64,000 nucleotides of DNA from NCBI GenBank assembly GCA_043228905.1, contig JBHGNT010000006.1, positions 8,990,001-9,054,000 on the forward strand. The letters are read 5' to 3'. The DNA is from Azolla caroliniana (Eukaryota > Plantae > Polypodiophyta). The notes beneath the pieces were generated by a model. That model searched no databases and was not told the DNA's origin. It saw nothing but the letters and a program-made list of their open reading frames with translations. The number at the start of each line of letters is the position of its first letter. Position 1 is the first letter of the stretch. Below are positions 12,872 through 25,200 of the stretch, in pieces. A program made the position numbers and the translations under genes.

Positions 12872-13936
12872 AGGGGAAGATCTAAGAGAAAAGTGGTTGT
12901 CTTAACAGCCTAATGTAACAACTTCTCTCTCTCCTTGAGATAGAAAAGGAGGGAGAGAAGATTGAGAAGGGGATCCACAATTTGGAAGAGGAAGTGATGT
13001 TGGACCAAGCTCTGCAGATTTCTGCTTTCCTAATCTTTGTTTTGTTTGTTGTGTTGTGAGCCCTCCGTTTCGCACCGGTAGCCCGTGTGCTCCCGATTGA
13101 AGGTTTGATAGTGTCCGTGTATGTGAGTTTCGGGAGCTTGAAGTTATATGTTACCGACCGCGTCTGGTTGTAATCTTCTATTTTCCTTTGTTAGTTATTA
13201 GTATTTGTTGAGTTTCTGTTCGTGTTTAGGTAATTCCGCGCCTTCTCTGTTTGTCATGTGTTTATCACGTCTACATCTTGTGATCTCATCTCTATTCTAT
13301 TATGATTGAGTGTGTGTGTTCGGTTTGTGCGCCCGTGTGCTCATTGTTCGTTGTCCGGCGTAGCTCCGGAACCGATAACGTGTGCCAGAGACTTGTCCGG
13401 ACCACGCTCCGATGAAGTTACCCAGAAACCGATCTGGATAACGCCTTTTCCTTACCAACTCCAGAATAGCACTCTGGCGAGAGATTTCAGGACATCGATC
13501 CGATTAACACTTCTTCCCTTACCGACTCCTTGGTCTGAGACCCTGATGGTCCTGCCCCATTCCAGCACATCCACGCAGAAATCCGCGACATCGTTTTCTT
13601 TGATTGCTTCCCAGTATCACAAACATAAAATGTGTATGCATACTCAACTCTATGAGAGTAAGCATTCTTTCCATGGTATCAAAGCATGCCGGTTGGAGAT
13701 CCTTTATCAAGCTCTACCAGTGAATTTGTGTCAGTTGTTCAAGGCATCGTTTACAACCGGCTATCGTTGTTGTAGTGCTACTATATTACATGTGGAGGCG
13801 TATGTAGAGGAGAGGAGTTTATAAATCAAATTAAATCAAGAAGATGAATGCACATATGGGTAGCGTGTTGTTGTGATATGGGGATCCCACATGAGGAAAT
13901 GAGCTAAACCTATCTTTCAACCTTAGGTCACATGTA

Positions 13937-14876
13937 TGACAAGAAGGGAAATAAATGTGTTGAAATAAAACTCAACAAAAGGTAGAACTCAATTGATAAG
14001 CTTACTTCAAGAGCGAAAGGTGAAGGGTTGGATTCTTGTTTGGGCTACAAAATATCAAGTCGACATCAATGAGATAAATGCATGGAATGCAAATGTATGG
14101 GGGGGGGAAACACAATTATTCTTTTTTTTTCCATGAGGTTCCCTTGAGGTCTATAAAAGGAAGTGGAGAGCTACTTGGTGTTAGAAATCTAGCAAGCCTC
14201 AAGCGTATGAAGTTTCAACCATTGCTTATGTAATTTAATGCATCACTAAACCTTTTTTGTTATCTAAGTATGTACTTAAGAAAAGTGTAGGAATTTGGAA
14301 GTGACTTTTGAATTCAAATTCGACACAATTTTGTTAGAGCACTATATAAGAAAAGCATTGGAGAGTAGTATCTTACTCCCTCTTAGTTTTTGGGTATTGT
14401 GTTTGTTGTCATTGAGAGTACATAATGTAGGTTTTAACATGCATTTAGCTTAATATAGCTCATATTGGTTCTATTCTTGTAAGTCTCCCCTTGAGTATAA
14501 TCTGAGTTGAAAATTGTTTATTATTCTTCAATATACTAAGCTTGAAAGTCTTCTGATATTTGTGTATATTCATAAGTGTATGTGATTGAAACATAGATAT
14601 AGATGCAAGTTGCCTATTTGGACAAATTTTTTAGTCTTTTTTGTGCAAGGAAGTTGATTATCATAAAGTTCCACAAATTTAGTGAGTTATAGCTTGTTGG
14701 AAAGATTGGGAAAGTCTATTTTTGGTATAAAAAATTTCAAAGGTTCAATTATGTGTTATAGAGAGCTACTGGAGTTTTAGTGGAGGGTGGTTGTTGTTGT
14801 TTCTTATCAAGGGAAGGGTTCATCTTATTTGTATTGCAACTAGGAGGTAATATACTTTTGTCAGTGGTATCAAAGC
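13937..14876 (+). mobile_element. Degenerate LTR with PBS
   Basis: TGACAA...TTGTCA termini followed by TGGTATCAAAGC at 14865-14876; TATAAAAG box at ~14152. Confidence 0.5.
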
Positions 14877-15309
14877 AAAATGTTGAGCATCAAGGACAAG
14901 AAGAGGAGGCCTTGAAGTTTCTTGAGAGCCAAGATTGAATCAAAGACTTAGAAGATTTGGAGGTTAAGCAAGGGGGAGTTTATCCTAATCAAAGGATTAA
15001 GACAAGTGGGGGCAAGGATTATGAGACACTAGAAAGAATCATACACAATGGGAGACTTCGACCTCCAATGCATTAGTACCAATTAGGAAGTGGTTGATTT
15101 TTAACAAAGATGTTAGCTCTTTACAAGTTGCGACAATTCTTGGTGAATCTAGGCCTTAGATCACTCCATATGATGAGCTTGAGGGGCAGTACCAATACGA
15201 GTACAAGGATAGGTACAAGAACGAGTATTGAGACCAAGGAGCATGACAAAGGAGAAGATAGATGGGATAAGCCCAAAGAAGAATCGCCTCACGAGACGAA
15301 GAAAAGCAA

Positions 15310-16090
15310 ATGATAAACAATGAGACCAACAACCATTGAGTAAACCTGACACACTCAATTCGACTTGACTTGGAAAATTGGAGGAAGACTTTTTGAAGCT
15401 TGAAATTTTGAAATAAAGAATAAGCCTTACCATGAATTGGTAATTGTGATGAAAATCCCCAACACCCTAGGATTTTTTATCGACATTTTTGGATCTAGAA
15501 GATCAACTTCGCTTGATTGAGATCGAGAAGAAAGGAACAACGTGAAGACCATGGCCTAAAAGGTAGCACAACTTTGCACAAGCTTAACAAGACATACAAT
15601 TGACCTTGAGTGCCATGTTGAGAATCAAGTTTAACTCGTTTGAATGCGTGTTTATTGAGAAAACCATGGTGTGAACTATTTAGTTACACGAAGGACTATT
15701 TATTGTAATCCATGTGAACTATTTAGTTACACAAAGGATTAGATTGTGACATCTAGTTAGTTGTCAAGTCTCAATGTGGTCAAAGAATATTATATATTCT
15801 TATGAAAGAATCACAGTCAAGTGGATGTCCATGACTAGACTTCACCAGCCACATTTAATGTGGTAGTGCCTTGAGGACTTGTATATGTAGCCCCCTTAGC
15901 CCATAATGTTTTGTTGATTATTTTTAGTTGATCAATATAGTTTCCTTTTTTGTGCATGAGTTGCCATCCCCCTTCTTTTGTATATTTCCAATTTTTTTCT
16001 TCGATTTTTTCTCGTGTTGACACACCCATTCTCATACACATTGAATGCTTCCTCACTCCCAAACTCTATGAGAGTCAAACACTCTTTACA
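15310..16090 (+). mobile_element. Copia family-B 3' UTR, PPT and 3' LTR (15619-16090)
   Basis: Collinear with 49500-50226: TTGGAGGAAGACTTTT, CAATTGACCTTGAG..CA|TGTTGAGAATCAAG; ends CTCTTTACA. Confidence 0.8.
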
Positions 16091-16729
16091 ATCTAGTTGT
16101 CATTTGAGTCATTTGCTCTTTTTTGTAAAGACATTGTGCGATTGGTTGGGCTCAAGTGACCACACGTACCCTAACCTTGAAAGATACGATATTTTGCAAC
16201 TTGCTTTGCTTCTACTTTTGGTCTAATCCAGTCTTCCCGAACCTTGCCTACAATGTGCCCAACAATAGACTTTTGGTCTTGTTTGCTTTTGCTTATGGTT
16301 GCAACTACTCTTTCTCCACCTGCTCAACTCTAGTCAAACATGGTCTGCTTCGTATTTTCTCTCCTTGTACTCAACCTATTCTTTCTCTCTATTTATATTG
16401 TTGATTGTTTGTGTTTGTGTGTGTTTGTGTTTGTGAAGGAGAGGCATTATGAGCACATTTGTTTACGTGTATTTGTCTCTCTTTATATGTTTTTGTTGTC
16501 TTCATATGTATGTGTTGTGAGAAAGCAATCAATATTTGGTTTTCTTTATAATTTTTGAATGTTCGTTTTAATTTAAGTATTTTCTCAGCACGATGACGAA
16601 TAGATGCCCTACAAAAGAAACTAAAAGATTCTTAATAAAGAGAGAACCTCTTCTTTTATAAGCTCTATCTATTTAGCTTTGGCTTTAGTTTCCACATTCG
16701 AGTTTGGTTGGTTGAAGGGAGAATCAACC

Positions 16730-16982
16730 CATAGTATGAACCATAAGTACCATACGTGCATTTCGCATTCACGAATGTTTCAATCATTCGTGTAAGAAAA
16801 ACACCCTCAAAGAATGATAAATACCGTACTTTTGGATTAACTATTTATTATGAGGTAAATAAGCCTAAAAATGGAAAAAAACAAAAAAAAACACACAAGA
16901 ATGTTTGAATAACATTCGCATTCGTTTTCCAACGTAGGAAAACGAATGTCATGCTAGACGAACACGAATTTTACGTACTATG
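16730..16982. mobile_element. Small hAT-like MITE, degenerate
   Basis: CATAGTA(T/C)G terminal inverted repeats; subterminal ATTCG/CGAAT motifs like those of the element at 18133; TSD poor. Confidence 0.45.
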
Positions 16983-18132
16983 AATTATCAACCTATATAT
17001 GTACCTCTTGCATCAAATAGGGAACGGACCCATTGGGGTTATTACCATAAAATTCTAAGAAAGATGATCATCTTGAAATTGTAGGCAAACAAAACAAATA
17101 CCAATGCTTGCTTCTACATTAAAGTACTTTAAAACGCAATTGCATACATTTGTACATGCAACAAAAATGCACTTAGTATATAACAAACTAGTGCAATGTG
17201 GCATGTTACACTTTGGGGAAATGCACAAGAGATGACTACATGACTAAACAACACTCACACACACACACAAATATATACACAATCTCCCACGAGGGAGAAT
17301 TTATTGACATGTTTGAGACTGAAATCACCAACATCAATAATAAATATGACCTTGAAGAGCACAACAAAGGAAGGGAAGCAACCATTGGGTTGCAAATTCG
17401 TTCTGCTGCACTACAACATCTCTTCCAACAAACCATACGTGGACAATATGATGATCTGCAGGGTTCATCTGATGCTCAAAGGCAACGTCAAGTGGACTTT
17501 AAGGAACGGTGGCGAGGGCTTCACTTATTTTCAGATACGACTTCTGGTATGAAGTGGAATTATGCCATACCTCCTTTTTTATTGCATAGCTTGTAGATTG
17601 TGCTCCATTTGTTCCTTATATGATATCATCTAGTTCATTAGATGTTGGTAGTAGCTTTTGTATTACAATAGAGGTGAGATGAAATGTCTCCTTCTGTTTT
17701 CTATATGTACATTTCTCAAGTAATATACTAAGGTGTATCTTTCTTGAATATATATATATGACCTTGAAGAGACAAGCAACCACTTAATCATCGATGGTTA
17801 TACTATCTCAAATATGTATCTTGTGAAGTTGCTTCCCTGTCCTATGGAGAAACACTCCTTGAGGAAATGAAATCTTGGTCAACATCAATCTTGAATTATA
17901 TATGAGGTCACTGTAACAAGTGCACTTAGATTGGAAAGGACAATATCATGTTCGACAATGTAATAACTTTGTTGAACATTCTTTGATCAAGGACATTTGT
18001 TTGCATCTAAAAATCTTGGCAATATGTGCAAGTGCAAATTTAGATAAGTAAATATAGTCTCAAACTAGATTTGGAAACTTATTTAGTAACTAAAACTTCG
18101 TTGTGATTAAATAAATAAATCTTTCTTATGAT

Positions 18133-18826
18133 CATAGATTGACATATTCGCATTTGTGGGCCCTCCCCCACGAATTCATACGAATGTGAAGACGAATAAA
18201 GGTAATAGTATTCGTTTTTTAACTTTTTTTTAATAAAAAAATGATTTTTTTTAATGCTAGCTACTATGAGCGAGCAACACCGAACAATTAGCGAAGAGGT
18301 TGCACCAAGCATCTTGTCTGTGATGCTTACACCTTCACCTCCCCTTGCATCCTGTTCTCGGCTTGCAAATTAGGGTTTTGGTTGAAATCCCTAATTTCGA
18401 CCATATTTCTTCTTCTCAGTTGCATCCTCGCCACCCCCTCATCCTCTGAGTGACACCTACATATTGTTCCCGGCCTCCAAACTCAAGGTTTTGCTGAAAC
18501 CCTAAAATTGGCTGAAATTAGGAACCTAATTAATTAATTATTCGTGAATTAATTAATGTTTTAGTAAATTAATTAATATTTTAATTCTTAAAACCCTAAA
18601 TTTGGCTGAGATTAGGAACCCTAATTAATTAATATTTTTAGTAAATTAATTCATTATTAGTGAATTAATTAATATTTTAGTGAAATAATTCTTTTTTTAG
18701 TCAATTAAATCATTTCTATTATGTAAATTTAAAACGAATAGTTCTCTAATATTCTTGGGGTCATTTTGTATTCTCAAATATTACGGATGGCAAATACCAC
18801 GAATATCATGCATGGGTCAATCTATG
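18133..18826. mobile_element. Non-autonomous hAT DNA transposon (694 bp)
   Basis: Perfect 11-bp TIR CATAGATTGAC / GTCAATCTATG; 8-bp TSD CTTATGAT (18125-18132) / CTTACGAT (18827-18834); internal AAACCCTAAA and AATTAATT arrays. Confidence 0.85.
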
Positions 18827-21800
18827 CTTACGATGTATTTGTGTATACATTAATCACATCATGTTAGAGATAGGGGGTATTCCTTGTTTCCTCAAAGTCA
18901 CTTGATAAGGAATTGCTACATGGACCTTCGAAATAAGGCTAAGATATACAAAAGATTTTTTAGACTAGATTCCCTATACCCTTGGGCCTTGTAGACAATT
19001 TAGGTTGCCTCAATAGACGGCAAATCATGATTTAGGAATACAAAAATATGTGACATTACAATGCTAGGACTTCCCAAACCAATATTGCATGCATTTTTAC
19101 CATGAGATCATCTTTAATTATTTTAGTCCTAGCCTTAGGACAGGGTGAAACGAGATTTGGGAATGCATAAATATGTGACATTATGTTGTTGAACATCATG
19201 AACCAATCTTTCATGGATTTCTTACCATGAGATGACCTTTAATTATTTTTGTTTTATTGTTAAAAAAGAAAGGCTTAATGTAATGGTTATATTTGCTCCT
19301 ATTCAATGCATAAAGCTTTAACTTCAAATTTTGTTCTTGTTTTCTTAGTTCAAAATTTGTAAGATTTTGAAATTACAAAACATGAATTAAGAAACATAAC
19401 TTTTCTTATGATTGTATTAGTTTTCTAGATATCGTGAGTAAGGGGATTATTAAGTTAAAATGCATGACAATATTAAAATGAATTGAGACTCTTCCCAATG
19501 CTCAATCGTCAAAACTAGTCTTGCTCTATCAAGTCCTATTAGACCAAACGTGTCATTGCTTTGATCTAGTCGTTGAGATCACCCCAATATTCGTGGCAGC
19601 AATTACCAAGCAATTACCTTAGCCTCATGCAAAGGTTGAGGATTCAAAAGTTGAAAAACATGAAAGAAAAATACTTTTCCTTTATTGGCCATCATCCCTC
19701 CTTTTTTGTTCTGAAAACTCACAATCATATTAATTGTATTTGAAAAAACACTACATTGAAACATCTATGTGGGTGTGTGTGTTTAGAATGCGAAAGTTTC
19801 CTTGAAGTTCTAAAGGTGACATGAAACTCTTGTGAATATTTTCTAGAGCAGGGGGTATATGGATTCTCATTTGAAACATATCATTCATCAGGTCACGCAT
19901 GTAAGAAGTGTTTGTCAAACATTTAACAACGCATGCTAAAAAATATGTCCCATAACAAATATTGTTATGAAAACCAGTTTGAGAATTTTGATGCTTAATG
20001 TTATTAATATACATGTGATTTGAAAGCCTACCTTAGTTTTACCAAGCATATATAGGTCAATTTTTTAATAACTAGTAAGCTTACTTTAAGAGTTTGTGAT
20101 TCATGTAAGTGTATTTTTAGTAAATTTCTTGTTAAATAAAGCAATGTCATGAAAGTAATCCAAAACAATGTATGGCATGATGTCGGCATGATGTCATGGC
20201 TCACCACAAAGAAGAAGAACCATTGAAACATTCAAATGTGAATGTGGCACGACACTATTATAATATCCAAAATATTGATTGGCTCTTTTAAAATGATCAA
20301 AAGAGACCATTGTGACTTGTTGACCACTCTCTGTAAGCAATTCACAAAAACACATTATTTGAATTATTCATCCATTCTCTAATGATTATATTGGGTTTGT
20401 AGTGTTTCTCGATAGATATACCCCTTACTTTTCATTCATATTTGAGCCATTGCTCTAGTATTCGGCAAATTCTCTTTATGAGTAGTCAAGTTTCCTTTTT
20501 CATGCATGAAACAATACGAATTCATGAGAGCAATACCTACAAAATGGAATTTAGGATACAACTCCTTTCCTTGGAAAATATTTTACGCAATTAGAAATTG
20601 AAAACTCAACTAACATGTTACTTCAGTAAAACTGTCGTTTTTCAAGACAAGTATTGGGAATGCTCCTCAACTACTGCTACTATGGACTCTGCAAACTATA
20701 ATCTCAACTTTGTTAACCACAAGAAATTCCCAAAACTTCAAACTTTGGCATTTGATAGAGAGAAATGCATGGCAGCAACATTTTTGTTGTTGTTGTGGCT
20801 CTATCAAACACGATTATATTTGTATGTAATGTTTTATTAGGTGGAATTTAGGTCGCATGTGGATAATCATTGGTTAAAGGTAATGGGAAAATATAATATC
20901 GTAATATTCATGACACATTTGGACGGTGATATGGTCAACAAGAAAACTATCATCATATCAATGTGTGTGTGGCACAATCTGAAAATTCTTCATTAGGTCA
21001 AAGTTTACCCTAAATTACAACCCATAGGACCCACCTTTTGAAAAAGAATAAGATTTGCCGTGTAATTAATTGTTCCCCAAGGCTTCATTGAAAGGCTTCC
21101 TCAGAAGCTTAAACTACCAACCCGATTCTTTAGCAATGAGCCACAAATCTATGGCTACGTCGACACTACACCATTTTCCAAAGGCAAAATAGTTTTGAGG
21201 AACCATTTATTGCCATGCCAACATTTTATGTCCCAATTCGCAAATAGTTCCCTTACAGGCCCCCCTCTATCCAACGCAAGCAGGGGAGTAAACCAAGTTT
21301 GTTATTTGCGACATCCACACCACACCCCCATTTGTAGTGTGTGGACAAAAAGTAGCCACTTGTTAACGCTATCAACACCACAAAACCCATTCGCAGGACA
21401 GAAAGCGGGAAGAGACGCGATCGATAGTTTTGTGCCGGGTTTAACCAATGCTATTATATCGTGATTCGTAATACACAATGACACGTGTGAGAAAGCCTCA
21501 CGATTGTTCATGGCACAACCACATTTCTCGCTTCCTTGTTTTTTTTATATCGCTTGCGCTCATTTGGCAAACCTAAGTAATTAATAGAATTTACTAATAA
21601 TTAAGGAACAGAAGTGATGATTAAGATAATCAGAGTATGTACATATGTATGTAATCCAGTTTTTTATTATTATGTATAATAAATACATATATGTGTAAAT
21701 CCTTTTAACATCTCTCTCTCTCATATCTATATGTACATACATATGTACATACTCTGTTCTTTTTTGTCTTTTTTGTCTAACTCTTTCCCCTCTCTGTATA

Positions 21801-21848
21801 CATATACATATATACTCTGTTCTTTTTTTCTTTTGTTTCCAACTGTTT

Positions 21849-21894
<46 letters not shown>

Positions 21895-22200
21895 AACTTT
21901 AGCTCCATCTTCTGTAAAGATTTGTTTGTACCTCCAAAACCTTTATATTCTTACTTTGCCGTCATTCATTCATTTATTCAATCACCTCACTTTCCTCCTT
22001 AATTAGAATCCCCTGTCTATTTATTCTTTATTTGTTTATTTGTTTGTTTTAGCTACCTCTAACTCTCTGCTATTCCTGTAAGATCAGAGGAGAAGAAGAA
22101 GAAATAAAATAAAAAACAAACCATCTAATACTCTTCTTCTTCTTCATTCATTGATTCATTCATCCATTCATCTTTCTATCTTCATTTCTTCTTCTTCTTC

Positions 22201-25200
22201 ATGGTCCTCAATCCGTATTCGTGGCTAGTCAAAGCTGCGAGATTTAATCCATTGCCTTTCTTTTCATTCTTTTGCATTGCAAGTTTCTTCCTCTTCTTCT
22301 TTCCTTCGGTGGTCATTGGAGTTACTAATCAACAAGATGGTATGTAATTTTATCATTCATTTCAATCTTTAACCTCACACTGTTCTCATCATTTTATTTT
22401 AGTGCTGACCTCCATCATTCATTTCAATCTGTTCTCATCATTTTATTTTGGCATATTCATTCCGTTTAATTATCTTGAATCTCTAATGTTTTGATAATCT
22501 ATTTTGGCATTTAATTCATTTTAATTATATTTGAATCTCAATGTAATTCATTTAATTTGACCATTTAGTTTTGTTATATAATTAATTTAAATCATCTGTT
22601 TTGGTTTTTATATGGTATGCAATTTATACATGTAACCTTTAATCCATTCTTTCGGGGAATCTCTATGTTTTTGATCATTCATATGTATTCATCATGTTGT
22701 TCATCTTCAGTCTCTCTGTTTTGATCGTTTTATTTGGTTTGTAATTCACTTATTAATCTTCATTTTATTTGGCATGTATTTGATTTATTTAACCTCTAAT
22801 CTTCATTTTATGCAGTACGTATTCATTTAAAGTTTCATATGCAATCTCACTCTTTTATTATTATCATTAGCATTAACCAGTTGTATGAATAATCTGAGCA
22901 TTTGGTATCAAATGGTCACATGGAAGAGAACAGAGTAACTATTCAAAGTTAATATGATGAGAAAAATTACCTCAGATAAGGAAACAATATGGTGTGTGTG
23001 GGAAATGGATGTTACGTTATCATCATATGCAAGAAATCTTGAAGAAAAAATTTCCACTACAGTGATTTCTCACAATTATGATTCCTCCTCTTGCCCAGAA
23101 AACCTCATAATTTTGGATGTGGTAGGAAAACATAACACAAAGTGAGTTTTTTTTCGCATTGCAAAATGTCTACAGCTTCTAGGGCAGCAATTGTTTGAAA
23201 AACAATGCCTTATAATTATTTTTGTGCATTCAACCAAGATGGAATTGTAATATCACATGTTCCTCTAGAGATAATTGGTCTGGCTTTATGTTCATTGCAG
23301 TGAATGCATTGGTTAGTTTGCATAAGGCTTGGTCTCAGAAACCGTCATCATGGGATACGAGTACTGATCCATGCAGTAGTGAGTGGCTTGGAATTCGATG
23401 TGATTCAACCAACACAAGTGTCACCTCTTTGTATGTATAATTAATGTCTTGTTTGAGCTTTATACTCTATGTGGTTAGGTTCAATATATTAATTTTGGTA
23501 GTCCTCTTTTGTATTTAAAGAAATTTACCAGAATTACCATATTTTTCATGATATGTAGAAACATACCCTGTCTTTGAGTTTGCAAATCCTCTATTTGTCT
23601 CAGGTTTCTCTCCTTAAAATTTTCTAGAAATTATAAATTGGGGGCAGATAGGGAAAGAGAAGAAATTGCAGGGTGCACGTTTGCAAAGAGAGATTGTTTA
23701 TGTTTTGGAAGTCTTTTGAAACATGAGGATTATTGGTGGAAATTTCAAAATACAAGACTATTATGGGATTTTTGTGAAGAATTAGGGGTATTTTAGTAGA
23801 TTTGCCTTGTATTTTCATTAGTTGGCATCCTATTACTTACATTCCTAAACAACTCATTGTATCTTTTTCAAGGCTCCTCATCAACCAAGAATTGGAGGGA
23901 AACCTACCTTCAGCTATTGGAAACCTCACAAGTTTGATATTTTTGTGAGTTACTTACAATGCAATTTGTTGCTTATTTCAAATCTAAGGTTTTCGTTATA
24001 CATCAATAAAGAATCTCAGGGTTATGGAAAATCTATATTTGTAGGGATCTCTCATCAAATTCTAAGTTGGGTGGAGATTTACCAAAGGAAATAGGCAATC
24101 TCACATCCATTCAAAGAATGTAAGCAAAAGAATAGTTGGGGTGGTGGTTAAATACTTCTATTTTGTTTTGATTGTTAAGAATCTTGTTTCTTTTCCCAGA
24201 TTTATTCAATTCTGTAACTTCACAGGCTTAATTCCATCAGAAATCGGCAACCTCCAAACATTGACCCATCTGTAAGTAGAAGACTAAAACTGTAAAATAG
24301 TCTAGATTTAATGATGAAAAGTATTTTCTAATTAAAACGAACACACTCCTATATGTCCATATGTGTAATTGTAAATATATTCTATAGTTTAAAGTAAATG
24401 CTATATGATAAACAAACTTTCTGTTAAAGAAAAGAAACAAAAACTGGTTTTTCCCAACTTTTACATGCTAACATATAAATAATAGGAGATAAAATGCAGA
24501 TATAAATTTAGAGAGGAATCACATTTATGGAAAGAGTGTACGCATCTTTCATTAAAAATAGATTAAAAATTGTTTACTACCAAGTGAATATGGAAAGTTA
24601 TCACACTTGTGAAAGAAGTAGAAACAGTATTTGTAAAAAGCATATAACATTTTTTACTAAGATTAAAATCGTATGTTAACTAGTGTCTCTGTATTAATTA
24701 CCTTTTTCTTGTATTCAGTGGATTGACTCAGAATTCATTTATTGGAAATTTACCTCCTACGATTGGTCTCCTCAAGTCTCTGATTTGGTTAGATGTATCA
24801 AGTAATCGATTGAATGGATCTCTTCCTGAATCTAGCACTTCTGGCACAGGATTAGATAATCTTACTACTGCACAACATTTGTAAGAGAGGCTACTTTTTC
24901 ACAACACTATTTTAATATCATGTGGAATTGTTTCTTTTGAGGCAAAATAATGACAATTGTGTTGTCTTCTATTTTGTTCAAATGAGAAGTCATTTGGAGA
25001 ACAACTCATTTTCAGGGAATATTCCATCGTCTATCTTCAATGCACAGATGTCGTTGCTTCACTTGTAAGTCATAAAAGTGTTAAATGTTTTTGTTCAGTA
25101 ATGTCTTTTGCATCTATTGTAATTTGAGGTTTGGATTTATGTGAAGTGGATGTGTGTCTTTGACTCCTTTTTATTGCAAACGGAATTTATCTTAACAATG

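Larger units (their letters stand above)
1323..13590. mobile_element. Solo LTR (Gypsy-like termini) split by the LINE; pieces ~1323-1504 and ~12818-13590
   Basis: Termini TGTCGTAAAGGATTTC...GAAATCCGCGACA; flanks TTGT (1319-1322) and TCGT (13591-13594) read as a 4-bp TSD with one CpG decay; host LTR sequence resumes after 13594. Confidence 0.65.
364..13685 (+). mobile_element. Old Copia family-B 5' LTR, split by nested insertions (pieces ~364-659, 1159-1322, 13591-13673), followed by a tRNA-iMet PBS
   Basis: The pieces match the LTR copies at 15619-16090, 42930-43365(-) and 49820-50226 (shared motifs TCTTATGACA, CCTTGAGGACTTGTATAT, TTTTTAGTTGATCAATATAG, CAACTCTATGAGAG). The last piece ends CTTTCCA followed by TGGTATCAAAGC at 13674-13685. 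Confidence 0.7.

Noticed and set aside
17198-17596. 132-aa ORF as a gene or captured exon
   Set aside because: Non-ATG start, no recognisable domain and no supporting exon chain; left unassigned.
18370-18625. AAACCCTA motifs as interstitial telomere
   Set aside because: Isolated motifs inside a hAT element, not a tandem TTTAGGG array.
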